54,023 nucleotides of DNA, from assembly GCA_964371765.1 (NCBI GenBank), contig CAYJOF010000002.1:1-54023 (forward strand), in the 5' to 3' direction. The position numbers were made by a program, and so were the translations under genes. This document shows, piece by piece, positions 25,386 to 34,551 of the stretch. The notes beneath the pieces were generated by a model. It did no database searches. It saw only the letters and a program-made list of their open reading frames with translations, and was not told the DNA's origin. This stretch comes from an uncultured Rikenellaceae bacterium. Its GTDB lineage: Bacteria > Bacteroidota > Bacteroidia > Bacteroidales > Rikenellaceae. Position 1 is the first letter of the stretch. Each line of letters starts with the position of its first letter.

Positions 25386-28244
25386 CTACTCTTCCCACTT
25401 GTTGAATGCGTTGCAAGAACAAATTAGGTTTCTATCACCGTATCCGTTGTCTACCTTAGTAACATAAGGCCAGAACTTATTGTCGCGAATCCACGCTAGA
25501 GGGAACGCTGCTTGTTGACGGCTATATACGTGTGACCACTCATCTGCTGTAACCTCAAATGCTGTGTGAGGAGCGTTCTTAACAACACTCTCTTCAGCTG
25601 TAACTTCACCCTTAGCGATAGCCTCGCACTCTCTCTTAATAGAGATAACTGCCTCGATAAATCTATCTAGTTCAGCCTTTGGCTCAGATTCAGTTGGTTC
25701 AACCATCAAAGTTTCGTGAACTGGGAACGAAAGAGTTGGAGCGTGGAAACCGTAGTCCATCAAACGACGAGCGATATCACCCGACTCAATTCCGTAATCT
25801 TTCTTATAGTTACGGTAGTCAAGAATCATCTCGTGACCTACTCTACCTGTTGCACCAGAGAATAGAGATGGGATCTCATTTTTAAGGGCACAAGCCATAT
25901 AGTTAGCATTAAGGATTGCAATACGAGTTGCCTCTGCAAGACCCTCTGCACCTAACATCTTGATATATGCGTAAGTGATTGGAAGAATCATTGCACTACC
26001 CCAAGGAGATGACGCAACAGCCGTTGTTTTGCCACCAACCTCGCTTACCATAGTATGAGATGGAAGGAACTCAACAAGGTGAGCTGCAACACCAATTGTA
26101 CCAACACCAGGACCACCACCACCGTGAGGCATAGCAAATGTCTTGTGTAGGTTTAGGTGACAAACGTCTGCACCAATAAATCCTGGGTTAGTTAGACCAA
26201 CCTGAGCATTCATATTTGCACCGTCCATATATACTTGACCGCCATTAGCGTGAACCGCATCAACGATTGTACGAATCTCTTGCTCGAACACACCGTGAGT
26301 AGATGGGTAAGTAATCATTGCACCAAATAGGTTGTCACGATTAGCCTCTGCCTTAGTGTTGAAGTCCTCTACGTCGATGTTACCATTCTCATCACCTTTA
26401 ACAAGTACAATCTTAAGACCCATCATAGCAGCACTAGCAGGGTTTGTACCGTGTGCTGACTCAGGGATAAGGATTACATTTCTGTGAGCCTCACCCTTAG
26501 CAATAAGGTATTGACGAATAACAATAAGACCTGCGTACTCGCCACTTGCACCAGAGTTTGGCTGGTTTGAAACCGCAGCAAAACCTGTAATGCTAGCAAG
26601 ATCCTTCTCAAGAGAAGTCATCATCTCAGTGTAGCCTACTCTTTGCTCTGCAGGAACAAATGGGTGAATATGTGCAAATCCGTTGTAAGTGATAGGCATC
26701 ATACTTGCAGCCGAGTTTAGCTTCATAGTACAAGAACCCAAAGAGATCATACTGTTTGTAAGAGAAATATCTCTCTTAGCTAGAGTGTGAATATATCTCA
26801 TCAACTCAGTCTCAGATGTGTGAGTGTTGAAGATGTCCTCTGTAAGAATCTTCGAAGTTCTAGCAACACCCTCTGGAAGAGCAATAAGTTCTGCAACCTC
26901 AGTGATTGTGATAGCTGGCTTAGATGCAGCCTCTGCGAAGATAGCAATAATCTTGTTAAGCTCGCATACGTTAACAACCTCGTCCATACTCATTCTTACG
27001 TTTCCACAAGGAGTGTAGTATAGGTTGATTTCGTGCTTAAGTGCGATAGGCTCAATTGCTTTTGCGTCAGCCTTCACTTCTATAGTATCGAAGAATAGTT
27101 CGTTTTTCAGCTCATATCCCAACTCTTTGATTGCTGAGGCTAGAGCTACTGCGTGAGAGTGGATGTGACGAGCGATACGAGTGATACCCTCCTGACCGTG
27201 GTAAACGGCAAACATACCTGCCATTGTAGCCATAAGGGCTTGCGAAGTACAGATGTTTGAAGTAGCTTTCTCTCTCTTGATGTGCTGCTCACGAGTTTGA
27301 AGAGCCATACGAAGAGCTTTGTTACCTAGTCTATCAACAGATACACCGATGATACGACCTGGCATAGAACGCTTGTAGCTATCTTTGGTCGCCATATAAG
27401 CTGCCGAAGGACCACCTAGACCCATTGGAATACCGAAACGTTGAGTTGAACCAACTGCGATATCTGCACCCCACTCGCCTGGAGCTTTAAGGATTGCAAG
27501 AGACATAAGGTCTGCAACAGCAGTTACCAACACACCATTGTCGTGTGCTCTTTGCGCAAATGCGCTATAATCTACGATTTCACCATTAGCGCAAGGGTAC
27601 TGAACAATAGCACCAAACTCCTCGCCTGTGAACTGATACTCGTTTGCACAACCAGTAACAATAGAGATGTTAAGTGGCTCTGCACGAGTGATAATTACGT
27701 CTAGTGTTTGTGGGAAGATGTTCTCATCTACGAAAAGAGTCATCTTGTTTGCCTTAACAGCATCTCTGCTGCGAGCACCCATCATCATTGTCATAGCCTC
27801 AGCAGATGCTGTACCTTCATCAAGAAGAGAGCAGTTACATAGCTCCAAGCCAGTCAACGACACTACCATTGTTTGGTAGTTAAGAAGAGCCTCAAGACGA
27901 CCTTGAGAGATCTCTGCTTGGTAAGGAGTGTAAGATGTGTACCACACTGGGTTCTCTAGGACATTACGCACGATTGCTGGAACAACTGCCGATTGATAGT
28001 AGCCCATACCGATGAAAGTACGGAAAGGGTTGTTCTTTGCTGCAAGTGCACCGATGTGCTGCAAATACTCATACTCACTCATTCCACCATTCTCAACCTC
28101 AACTGGTTTTGGTAGGCGGATATTAGCTGGAATCACTTGATTAATAAGCTCATCCACAGACGAAACGCCAACTACTTTTAGCATCTCTTTTACGTCGTTC
28201 TCAGTTGGACCGATATGACGTTTTACGAATTTATCTTGACTCAT
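25386..28244 (-). CDS. gcvP: glycine dehydrogenase (decarboxylating), glycine cleavage P protein
   Basis: 952-aa single-chain P protein. PLP region is CHLNLHKTFAMPHGGGGPG. Confidence 0.97.
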   Translation of the reverse strand: MSQDKFVKRHIGPTENDVKEMLKVVGVSSVDELINQVIPANIRLPKPVEVENGGMSEYEYLQHIGALAAKNNPFRTFIGMGYYQSAVVPAIVRNVLENPVWYTSYTPYQAEISQGRLEALLNYQTMVVSLTGLELCNCSLLDEGTASAEAMTMMMGARSRDAVKANKMTLFVDENIFPQTLDVIITRAEPLNISIVTGCANEYQFTGEEFGAIVQYPCANGEIVDYSAFAQRAHDNGVLVTAVADLMSLAILKAPGEWGADIAVGSTQRFGIPMGLGGPSAAYMATKDSYKRSMPGRIIGVSVDRLGNKALRMALQTREQHIKREKATSNICTSQALMATMAGMFAVYHGQEGITRIARHIHSHAVALASAIKELGYELKNELFFDTIEVKADAKAIEPIALKHEINLYYTPCGNVRMSMDEVVNVCELNKIIAIFAEAASKPAITITEVAELIALPEGVARTSKILTEDIFNTHTSETELMRYIHTLAKRDISLTNSMISLGSCTMKLNSAASMMPITYNGFAHIHPFVPAEQRVGYTEMMTSLEKDLASITGFAAVSNQPNSGASGEYAGLIVIRQYLIAKGEAHRNVILIPESAHGTNPASAAMMGLKIVLVKGDENGNIDVEDFNTKAEANRDNLFGAMITYPSTHGVFEQEIRTIVDAVHANGGQVYMDGANMNAQVGLTNPGFIGADVCHLNLHKTFAMPHGGGGPGVGTIGVAAHLVEFLPSHTMVSEVGGKTTAVASSPWGSAMILPITYAYIKMLGAEGLAEATRIAILNANYMACALKNEIPSLFSGATGRVGHEMILDYRNYKKDYGIESGDIARRLMDYGFHAPTLSFPVHETLMVEPTESEPKAELDRFIEAVISIKRECEAIAKGEVTAEESVVKNAPHTAFEVTADEWSHVYSRQQAAFPLAWIRDNKFWPYVTKVDNGYGDRNLICSCNAFNKWEE

Positions 28245-28302
28245 TTTTATAAAAAATTTTTATTTGTTTTATTATTTAAAAACTCTGGAAAATTCCAAAG
28301 CG

Positions 28303-28310
28303 CAAAGATA
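28303..28310 (-). promoter_or_regulatory. -7 box TATCTTTG (minus strand)
   Basis: 59 nt upstream of the gcvP start. Confidence 0.5.
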
Positions 28311-28373
28311 CATTAAAAGATTAGAAATATGAAATTTTATAGCAATTTTAACACATTAATATTCCTAGGCAAA

Positions 28374-29114
28374 TTATAGCACAAAGGGCTCACGATAAAA
28401 GCGGCACTTAACAGCATTTACCCCATCCTCTTTCATCACATCATAGTGCAGTTCTTTCTTCTGACTTTTGCGAATAGATATCTTATCGCCGTGAAGCACC
28501 TCATACTGGTAATTTATTAGTACTCCGTACATTGGCTCTGCTTCCAATTCGTCCAGAGAGATGGTATCAAAGACCCACTCCAGATATTTTGCACTATTGA
28601 CGTGACGATTGACATCTAGGTCGCTATACGACACCACTCTATCGGATATTATCTCCCCCTCCAAACAACGCACTCTATCATTTTGGGGCATAAGTTCATC
28701 CATACCTGCATCCACCACAAAATCTTTCATATATTCAAGGTGAACGATACTTGCAGCCTTGCGGGTATTGATATCTATCATTGCCCACATTGATGTTGCC
28801 ACTCCCAAGAGTGTATCGTTACGGTCGTAGATAGCAAATTGACGCTCAGAGAATGTGTTTTCCAGAGATGAGACCCACGTTTTAACATAAATCTCGTCGA
28901 ATAACTCTGGCACTCTGTTAAGTTTAATAGCCATACGAGCTAAAACCCAAGTCACGCCCTCGTTGAGCAGTTTATTAAGTCCAAAACCATTCTCTAAGGC
29001 ATTCATAGATGCACAATGCAAAAGCATACGCATAAAATTAGGAAGAGTCATCTTTCCCGTAAAATCCACATTATCGCCCTCAACCTTAAAGTCAAATTTT
29101 CCAATTATTTTCAT
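28374..29114 (-). CDS. acyl-ACP thioesterase
   Basis: Double hot-dog pattern (DFTGKMTLPNFMRMLLHCA..., DLDVNRHVNSAKYLEW). First ATG at 29114 (the track start at 29126 is TTG). Confidence 0.85.
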   Translation of the reverse strand: MKIIGKFDFKVEGDNVDFTGKMTLPNFMRMLLHCASMNALENGFGLNKLLNEGVTWVLARMAIKLNRVPELFDEIYVKTWVSSLENTFSERQFAIYDRNDTLLGVATSMWAMIDINTRKAASIVHLEYMKDFVVDAGMDELMPQNDRVRCLEGEIISDRVVSYSDLDVNRHVNSAKYLEWVFDTISLDELEAEPMYGVLINYQYEVLHGDKISIRKSQKKELHYDVMKEDGVNAVKCRFYREPFVL

Positions 29115-29305
29115 ATAGCATATCAATTATTTTGCCTAGCATAAATTTTAAGGTTGTAAAGATAACTATTTGGTGTGATAAAACAAAATTGGGTTAAAAA
29201 AATCACATATCGCCCCCACTCTACACAGTTAACTAATTAAGTTATAGCGATTAGATATATTGTAACTTTTATCGATAAACAGATTTGACGCTTAACAAAT
29301 TTTAC

Positions 29306-29313
29306 TATCTTTG
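29306..29313 (+). promoter_or_regulatory. -7 box TATCTTTG
   Basis: 31 nt upstream of the ATG at 29344. Confidence 0.5.
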
Positions 29314-29343
29314 CAGTTGAATTAATATAAAATTTTAGAATAG

Positions 29344-29781
29344 ATGAAAAAAGCAAAAATCATCACCGAAAAGGGTGAAATGATGGTAGAATTCTACCAG
29401 AGTGATGCTCCAGCAACAGTGGAGAACTTCTGCAAGCTAGCTAGTGAGGGCTTCTACGATGGTCTTACATTCCATAGAGTTATTCCAGACTTTGTTATTC
29501 AGGGCGGTTGCCCAGTTGGAAATGGCGTTGGTGGCCCGGGCTACAAAATAAAGTGCGAGACCTCAGGCGGTAATCAATACCACGACAGAGGTGTTCTTTC
29601 TATGGCTCACGCAGGTCGCGACACTGGCGGTTCTCAGTTTTTTATCTGCCACTCTCGCAACAACACATCTCACCTAGACGGGGTTCACACTTGTTTTGGT
29701 AAAGTTTACGAGGGTGTTGATGTGATTGACGATATTCGTGCAGGCGACAAGATTGTTAAGATAGAAATTTCAGAAGAATAA
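29344..29781 (+). CDS. cyclophilin-type peptidyl-prolyl isomerase
   Basis: [29 protein letters not shown]. Confidence 0.93.
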   Translation: MKKAKIITEKGEMMVEFYQSDAPATVENFCKLASEGFYDGLTFHRVIPDFVIQGGCPVGNGVGGPGYKIKCETSGGNQYHDRGVLSMAHAGRDTGGSQFFICHSRNNTSHLDGVHTCFGKVYEGVDVIDDIRAGDKIVKIEISEE

Positions 29782-29785
29782 AGCA

Positions 29786-30256
29786 ATGAGGAGAATTATA
29801 GTTATTATATGTGCTATGATGGTGAGTGTTGCGGCTGTTAATGCTCAAAACAAAGGGGAGTTTGCAGCTGGTGTTAGCACAACTTTCAAAGCATCAAACT
29901 ACTCTGCACTAGGAATAGGCCTTATAGGCCAATACTCTTTTACAGAGCAATGGAGAGTAACCGCTAATCTTGACTACTATGCAAAAGGTGCTGGCAGAAC
30001 GGATCTGACAGCTGCCTGTAATTACATTGTTCCTATCTCTAGCAAATTTGCTGCCTACGGCATTTTAGGATTGGGACTTGGATTTGATTCAAATGTGGTT
30101 GGAGGTAGCACAACGATGCTCATCTCGACACTTGGAGCAGGTTGTCAATATACCTTAAATTCAAATTTTAGAGTAAACTTAGATCTAGATTTTAGATTTG
30201 ATGACTTTGGTTGGTCAAATTTCTTTATCGGACCTAGCATAGTATATATGTTCTAG
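29786..30256 (+). CDS. small outer-membrane beta-barrel protein
   Basis: Signal peptide (AAVNAQ), alternating beta-strand pattern, C-terminal aromatic residue (VYMF). Confidence 0.65.
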   Translation: MRRIIVIICAMMVSVAAVNAQNKGEFAAGVSTTFKASNYSALGIGLIGQYSFTEQWRVTANLDYYAKGAGRTDLTAACNYIVPISSKFAAYGILGLGLGFDSNVVGGSTTMLISTLGAGCQYTLNSNFRVNLDLDFRFDDFGWSNFFIGPSIVYMF

Positions 30257-30287
30257 TAAACTAGAGCTTCCCTAACTTAACTGGAGG

Positions 30288-30326
30288 CTGTCTCGAATTA
30301 GTAATAATTCGGGGCAGTTTTTTTTT
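30288..30326 (+). terminator. intrinsic terminator (GGCTGTC-type)
   Basis: CTGTCTCGAATTA-GTAA-TAATTCGGGGCAG (two G-U pairs) followed by T9. Confidence 0.75.
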
Positions 30327-30399
30327 ATTTTTAGGACAAAATATTTGGCGTTTGCTATATCATCCGTGTCTTTAAGGTGTTTAATAAGGACAAATTACT

Positions 30400-30549
30400 A
30401 TGTAATTTGGAAGATATATACAAGACGAGCAGATGCTTTTCCCATTAAGTTTCGATGATTTAATTCCATCAAACGCCCCTGCTTGTATCATTATTAAGGT
30501 GGCAGATAAGTTAGACTTATCTAAATTAGCCGTCAGAATGGGGCAATAG
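30400..30549 (+). pseudogene. remnant of an IS5/IS1182-superfamily transposase N-terminus
   Basis: ATG TAA (immediate stop) followed in frame by FGRYIQDEQMLFPLSFDDLIPSNAPACIIIKVADKLDLSKL... then TAG. This matches the typical N-terminal pattern YIQG..Q..LFP.SLDDLI....P.R.I...VD.LDLS.L. No catalytic DDE region follows. Confidence 0.55.
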
Positions 30550-30624
30550 AGGAAAATAAGTATATTTATTCGAAATCACAGAAAATTAAATCTCCGAGAA
30601 TCGAATAAAGAAAAATAATCTCTA

Positions 30625-30673
30625 AATATGCAAGATTTTGAAGAATATTGGTCAAAACCTTGCATATTTTTTT
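30625..30673 (+). terminator. orphan hairpin plus T-run with no upstream gene
   Basis: Perfect 10-bp stem AATATGCAAG / CTTGCATATT with a 24-nt loop, followed by a T-run. Confidence 0.55.
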
Positions 30674-30736
30674 AAAAAAGTTTCTCTAGAATGAGAGGTT
30701 TGGTCAATGATCTAAATTGCCCTTTTTAAGGGACGA

Positions 30737-31453
30737 CTACATACTTGGCTGAATAAAACACAAAGAATAATCCGTCAAAAAATTACGAGTGCGTATGCTC
30801 ATCGAAACAGATCTCTTTTTTCCAGTTGTATTTGGACCAATTTTCACCTTTATGGCATCATAGCTAACACCATCCTTGTCGTACGTTATGATCTCTGTTT
30901 CTATATGTTCAGCATTAAACTTGCGCACATTTTCTACTAACTCATTAGTTACTTCCTTTGGATCAAAATTAAATAGCCTGTATGGATTACGTACGTATCT
31001 TATCCATTTTGAGGCCTCAAAACTATACGTTTCATCGATACTCTCCCAAAATGCGTCATAGGATTCATAGTCATCAACAAAGGCGAAAGATATTACATAC
31101 CAAGACCATAGAGCCTCATACCTTAATTCTTCAAAACCCTCATCATATACCATAATGAAATCTGTTTTAATATCAGTTTTAAACACCTGTTCTAAACCTT
31201 CTTTAGGTATCTCAAGTGGCTTGTAAAGATATTGAGGCATTGCTGCAACTAGTACCGTATCATAATCGAATCCTTCGAACTTATAACCATACATTCCTTT
31301 TTCAGCCACGTATCGATCTATTATATCTCTATCATCCACTCCCTTATTTTCAGTGATTTCCTCCTCGACAACAGGCTCTACATCTTTCTGACAAGAGATA
31401 GTTGTTGAAAGTAATGTTGCTACTAGTAGTAGCATTAATGCTTTTGTTTTCAT
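30737..31453 (-). CDS. hypothetical acidic lipoprotein, 15 nt downstream of the C10 protease gene
   Basis: Lipobox LLSTTISCQ. No family recognised. Confidence 0.6.
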   Translation of the reverse strand: MKTKALMLLLVATLLSTTISCQKDVEPVVEEEITENKGVDDRDIIDRYVAEKGMYGYKFEGFDYDTVLVAAMPQYLYKPLEIPKEGLEQVFKTDIKTDFIMVYDEGFEELRYEALWSWYVISFAFVDDYESYDAFWESIDETYSFEASKWIRYVRNPYRLFNFDPKEVTNELVENVRKFNAEHIETEIITYDKDGVSYDAIKVKIGPNTTGKKRSVSMSIRTRNFLTDYSLCFIQPSM

Positions 31454-31468
31454 AATTTTTCCCTTTTA

Positions 31469-32941
31469 TTAATTAATTGGTCGAATGTTTGATATAAACT
31501 GAATATCATTATTATAACTTCCTTGTGATACACCATTATAAACTGGATTAAACCCTATTATAGAATAGTAGGCATTTGGATTTCCGCCCCAACCCCAGTT
31601 GATTTTTAGAAGAGAACTCTCTGATCCTGATTTGCTTACTAATTCGTAACGTTGATGATGGCGACACCAAGAGAAAGTCGCTGTACTCCATCTAGTTTTT
31701 TGGTATCCATCTACTACCCAGGCGTGTCCAACCACAGAAGAACCATCATCGCCTTGGTCGGCAGTAGGATCGTTATTTCCAAAATCAACTCCCCCCATAT
31801 AGACTGGTCGATAATTATCAATAGATTCTATTATTAAATCCTCAAAAACAGAAATCAGAGGAACGTTTACTGGACTTGTAAGGTTTGAAATATATCTAAT
31901 CTGATCACTTACATAACCATACTGCGCCAATACGCCTGGCACATCTTCAGTTGCTGCGCTTGTGGTAGGAAACCCCCATTGTGCATTTAGTTTGGTTCCG
32001 ACATCCAGGAGCAACTTCTGAACTCCATACATGGCAACACTATTCTCATCGATACTTGAATGATTCATACTAGCCCAAGGCATAGTCAAACCTCCAACAA
32101 CCGTTGGATGACCATGAAACGCCATTATTTGCGCTACTGCTACAGGAACACAGCCTGCAGCTGATATTTTATCAGGAATGACACTTGGTGGTAACAGATA
32201 GTTAAATGGTTCATTTTGATGATATTTAGTCGCCAATCCTACCGATTTTGAGTAAATAGGACTTGGCTCTTCTGGACGCTCTTCCCAGGGATTTGGCACA
32301 TCTACATAGCCATTATTCAAATCATTTTGATGCTGAGAACATAATGAATAAATAGCGTTGTAGTCAAAATTGTCTTGCTGATAACTAAACATCATCATTA
32401 CACTATCAGCCCCCAAAGATGCAGCATATTCATTCTGTCTAATAATTTCGTCTGCAATATTCTCAATCACTCCATTGAGAACTAACTCCGCTCCTCCAGG
32501 TAGATTCTCCATATCTATACTTCCTTCATCTGCTATTGCAATGATAGGCGCAATCCTCGCATCCGCAGCAACAATAGCAAATCCTAGATTATCTTCGTAG
32601 TTGATTACATACATCATAGTATCTGCAATACCACTACTCTTTAGAAGACCATCAATTGATTTAGTTGCTTGTAGGTTGCTTGATGTTGTAATATAATCCA
32701 CACTCTTAATCACTCTCGGAGATTTTGTTACGGTATTTGCCTCCGTAGCATAGGTTAATGCAACATCTAACGAACGCTTATAGTTGTTTGAACCAATCAT
32801 TACCTTTTCAACAAATGTTGGCTCTTCTGGTACAACAGTCTCAATTTCATTTTGTTCTATTGATTTTGAACAGGAAAAAGCTAATAAGAACACCACAATA
32901 ATGCACCATTTTTTTTTAAAAAATTTAAGTTTATTTTCCAT
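31469..32941 (-). CDS. C10-family (streptopain/SpeB-like) cysteine peptidase lipoprotein with N-terminal Spi-type pro/inhibitor domain
   Basis: Catalytic Cys context SAAGCVPVAVAQIMAFHGHP, His context VVGHAWVVDGY, INWGWGG. Pro-domain pattern MMYVINYEDNLGFAIVAADARIAPIIAIADEGS. The start is set at the ATG at 32941 (MENKLKFFKKKWCIIVVFLLAFSCS), so the 60-aa N-terminal extension in the ORF track is discarded. Confidence 0.88.
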   Translation of the reverse strand: MENKLKFFKKKWCIIVVFLLAFSCSKSIEQNEIETVVPEEPTFVEKVMIGSNNYKRSLDVALTYATEANTVTKSPRVIKSVDYITTSSNLQATKSIDGLLKSSGIADTMMYVINYEDNLGFAIVAADARIAPIIAIADEGSIDMENLPGGAELVLNGVIENIADEIIRQNEYAASLGADSVMMMFSYQQDNFDYNAIYSLCSQHQNDLNNGYVDVPNPWEERPEEPSPIYSKSVGLATKYHQNEPFNYLLPPSVIPDKISAAGCVPVAVAQIMAFHGHPTVVGGLTMPWASMNHSSIDENSVAMYGVQKLLLDVGTKLNAQWGFPTTSAATEDVPGVLAQYGYVSDQIRYISNLTSPVNVPLISVFEDLIIESIDNYRPVYMGGVDFGNNDPTADQGDDGSSVVGHAWVVDGYQKTRWSTATFSWCRHHQRYELVSKSGSESSLLKINWGWGGNPNAYYSIIGFNPVYNGVSQGSYNNDIQFISNIRPIN

Positions 32942-32972
32942 AATATTAAAGTTTATTGTTTCTATTCTTATG

Positions 32973-32980
32973 CAAATATA
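32973..32980 (-). promoter_or_regulatory. -7 box TATATTTG (minus strand)
   Basis: 32 nt upstream of the corrected C10 protease start. Supports that start. Confidence 0.5.
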
Positions 32981-33291
32981 CGAACAATAAATATACCAAC
33001 CAATTTTTCTTTGCAAAAATTGAAATAAAATATTGATAATCAATAGCCTACACACTTGTTTACTGCAACTAAAATCGACATAACGATTAATATCATTAAT
33101 CACAATAATGGAATACTCCAATTACTATAATTGAAAATCACTATTTCGATTATAAGTTACATTGCTAAAATATATGTATTTGGCAGGAAAATTAGTATCT
33201 ATCTTCAGTTGCTCGCTATGAAAAAAATTAGGTGACGCACGTAAATAGTCAGCAAGTATCAAAAATACTTTAGAGACAATTTCCTTGAGAA

Positions 33292-33948
33292 TCAGAAAGT
33301 GATTCCCTTCTCTGCAAAACTATAATATTTCTCGTCACTCGAAACAACAATATGATCAAGCAGCTCTATATCGAAAAAGGCAAGAGCTTTTGATAATCGT
33401 TGCGTTATATCAACATCTGCTTGAGTAGGAGTCGTATCTCCATTTGGATGGTTATGAACAAGGATCAAAGATTCCGAAAGATTGTCTAGAACTCTTTTCA
33501 TCAACAATTTGATACTAAAGGAAGTTTCGGATTCTGTGCCCTTAGATAGTTGAATATGCTCTATTACTCTATTCGAACTATTAAGACACACCACCCACAA
33601 CTCCTCGTGTGAGAGATCGCCTATACGCGAGCGATAAATTTGAGCAAGATCACTACTAGAGGAAACAATATCTCGTTGAGCTTGCGACCTACGTTCTACT
33701 CTTTGAGCCAGTTCCCAAATAGCCTCCAACAATCTGCGCTCCTTTGCAGTAAGGGCGACACATTTTGCGATATACTGCTGAGATAGATTCTCCAACGAAC
33801 CAATCTTATTGATGATATTGCGAGCCTTAGCAAGTGAACTTTCACTCACAGCACCCTGCCCTATCACAAGAGCCAAAATCTCTACTCCATCGAGAGCAGT
33901 GGGAGCCAAAAAGGCAAATTTTTCGGTAATTAGTTTACTATTGTTCAT
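33292..33948 (-). CDS. radC: RadC-family JAB/MPN-domain protein (UPF0758)
   Basis: LILVHNHPNGDTTPTQADVDIT JAMM-like motif. The full-length form has an N-terminal helix-hairpin-helix-like region. Confidence 0.85.
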   Translation of the reverse strand: MNNSKLITEKFAFLAPTALDGVEILALVIGQGAVSESSLAKARNIINKIGSLENLSQQYIAKCVALTAKERRLLEAIWELAQRVERRSQAQRDIVSSSSDLAQIYRSRIGDLSHEELWVVCLNSSNRVIEHIQLSKGTESETSFSIKLLMKRVLDNLSESLILVHNHPNGDTTPTQADVDITQRLSKALAFFDIELLDHIVVSSDEKYYSFAEKGITF

Positions 33949-34053
33949 ATTTTATAAAAAGCTAAATAGTTAATTATAAACAATTAAAGATCTCATTGAT
34001 TGAGTCAGCTAAATTTTTAACACATTTTTTTTTGGCTATAAAGAAAAAACTAC

Positions 34054-34061
34054 TATCTTTG
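34054..34061 (+). promoter_or_regulatory. -7 box TATCTTTG
   Basis: 18 nt upstream of tRNA-Met. Confidence 0.55.
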
Positions 34062-34078
34062 CACCGTTGAAACAAAAG

Positions 34079-34152
34079 GGCGAGGTAGCTCAGCTGGTTA
34101 GAGCGCATGATTCATAATCATGAGGTCGGCGGTTCAAGCCCGCCTCTCGCTA
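34079..34152 (+). tRNA. tRNA-Met (anticodon CAU). A lysidine-modified tRNA-Ile2 cannot be excluded.
   Basis: GGCGAGG-TA-GCTCAGCTGGTTAGAGC, anticodon stem CATGA/TCATG with loop TTCATAA, T arm GGCGG-TTCAAGC-CCGCC. Overall it resembles elongator Met. Confidence 0.85.
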
Positions 34153-34421
34153 CAAATAAACACCTTAACTCCTAACGAGTTGGGGTGTTTTTGATTTTTG
34201 GCATACCCCAATCAAAAACCTAAATTTCACACAACATACCACAATTTTATGCAACTTTGTACGAATAATTAGTACAAATATAGTGCAAATTTATTGCAAA
34301 AACAATGACAAAATTCACTCTTTATCTTGATCCAAGAGAATAGCTAAGCCACTAAAATCAAAAAATCATCAAAATATACAATTCAAACACTCGAATATTT
34401 TGTCGACAAAGATAATTTACT

Positions 34422-34429
34422 TATATTTG
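34422..34429 (+). promoter_or_regulatory. -7 box TATATTTG
   Basis: 123 nt upstream of the ATG at 34552. Confidence 0.35.
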
Positions 34430-34473
34430 TATGAAAATTATCGCTTAAATTTTATAAACACAAGTAGGGATGC

Positions 34474-34523
34474 GAACAAATTAACAAAATTAGTTGTTGT
34501 AAAGCTTGGAACAAATTAACAAA
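34474..34523 (+). repeat. two perfect copies of GAACAAATTAACAAA, 35 nt apart, in the leader of the 34552 gene
   Basis: 34474-34488 and 34509-34523, read directly from the sequence. Confidence 0.9.
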
Positions 34524-34551
34524 TTAATAACATAAAAGAGAATCAATCAAA

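Noticed and set aside
28245-28373. Glycine riboswitch upstream of gcvP.
   Set aside because: The consensus -7 box sits only 59 nt from the start codon. The remaining leader is AT-rich, has no paired-aptamer-like conserved stems, and is too short for a glycine riboswitch.
29329-29343. Identical 15-mer AAAATTTTAGAATAG at 29329-29343 and 47263-47277, considered as a shared regulatory site.
   Set aside because: One sits in a 5' UTR next to the ATG and the other upstream of a -7 box. A single AT-rich 15-mer match is about what chance predicts in 54 kb of AT-rich spacers.
32942-33121. 60-aa N-terminal extension of the C10 protease ORF, and TTG-initiated extensions of other ORFs (15157, 17318, 29126, 37844, 48246, 51796).
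   Set aside because: Internal ATGs give proper signal peptides or canonical N-termini and sit 20-60 nt downstream of TAnnTTTG boxes. The extensions would overlap promoters or neighbouring genes.
33292-33948. RadC/JAB protein as part of a defence or anti-restriction module or a conjugative element.
   Set aside because: It is the full-length chromosomal RadC type (N-terminal HhH-like region plus JAB domain). It stands alone, with no adjacent integrase, methylase, nuclease or conjugation genes.
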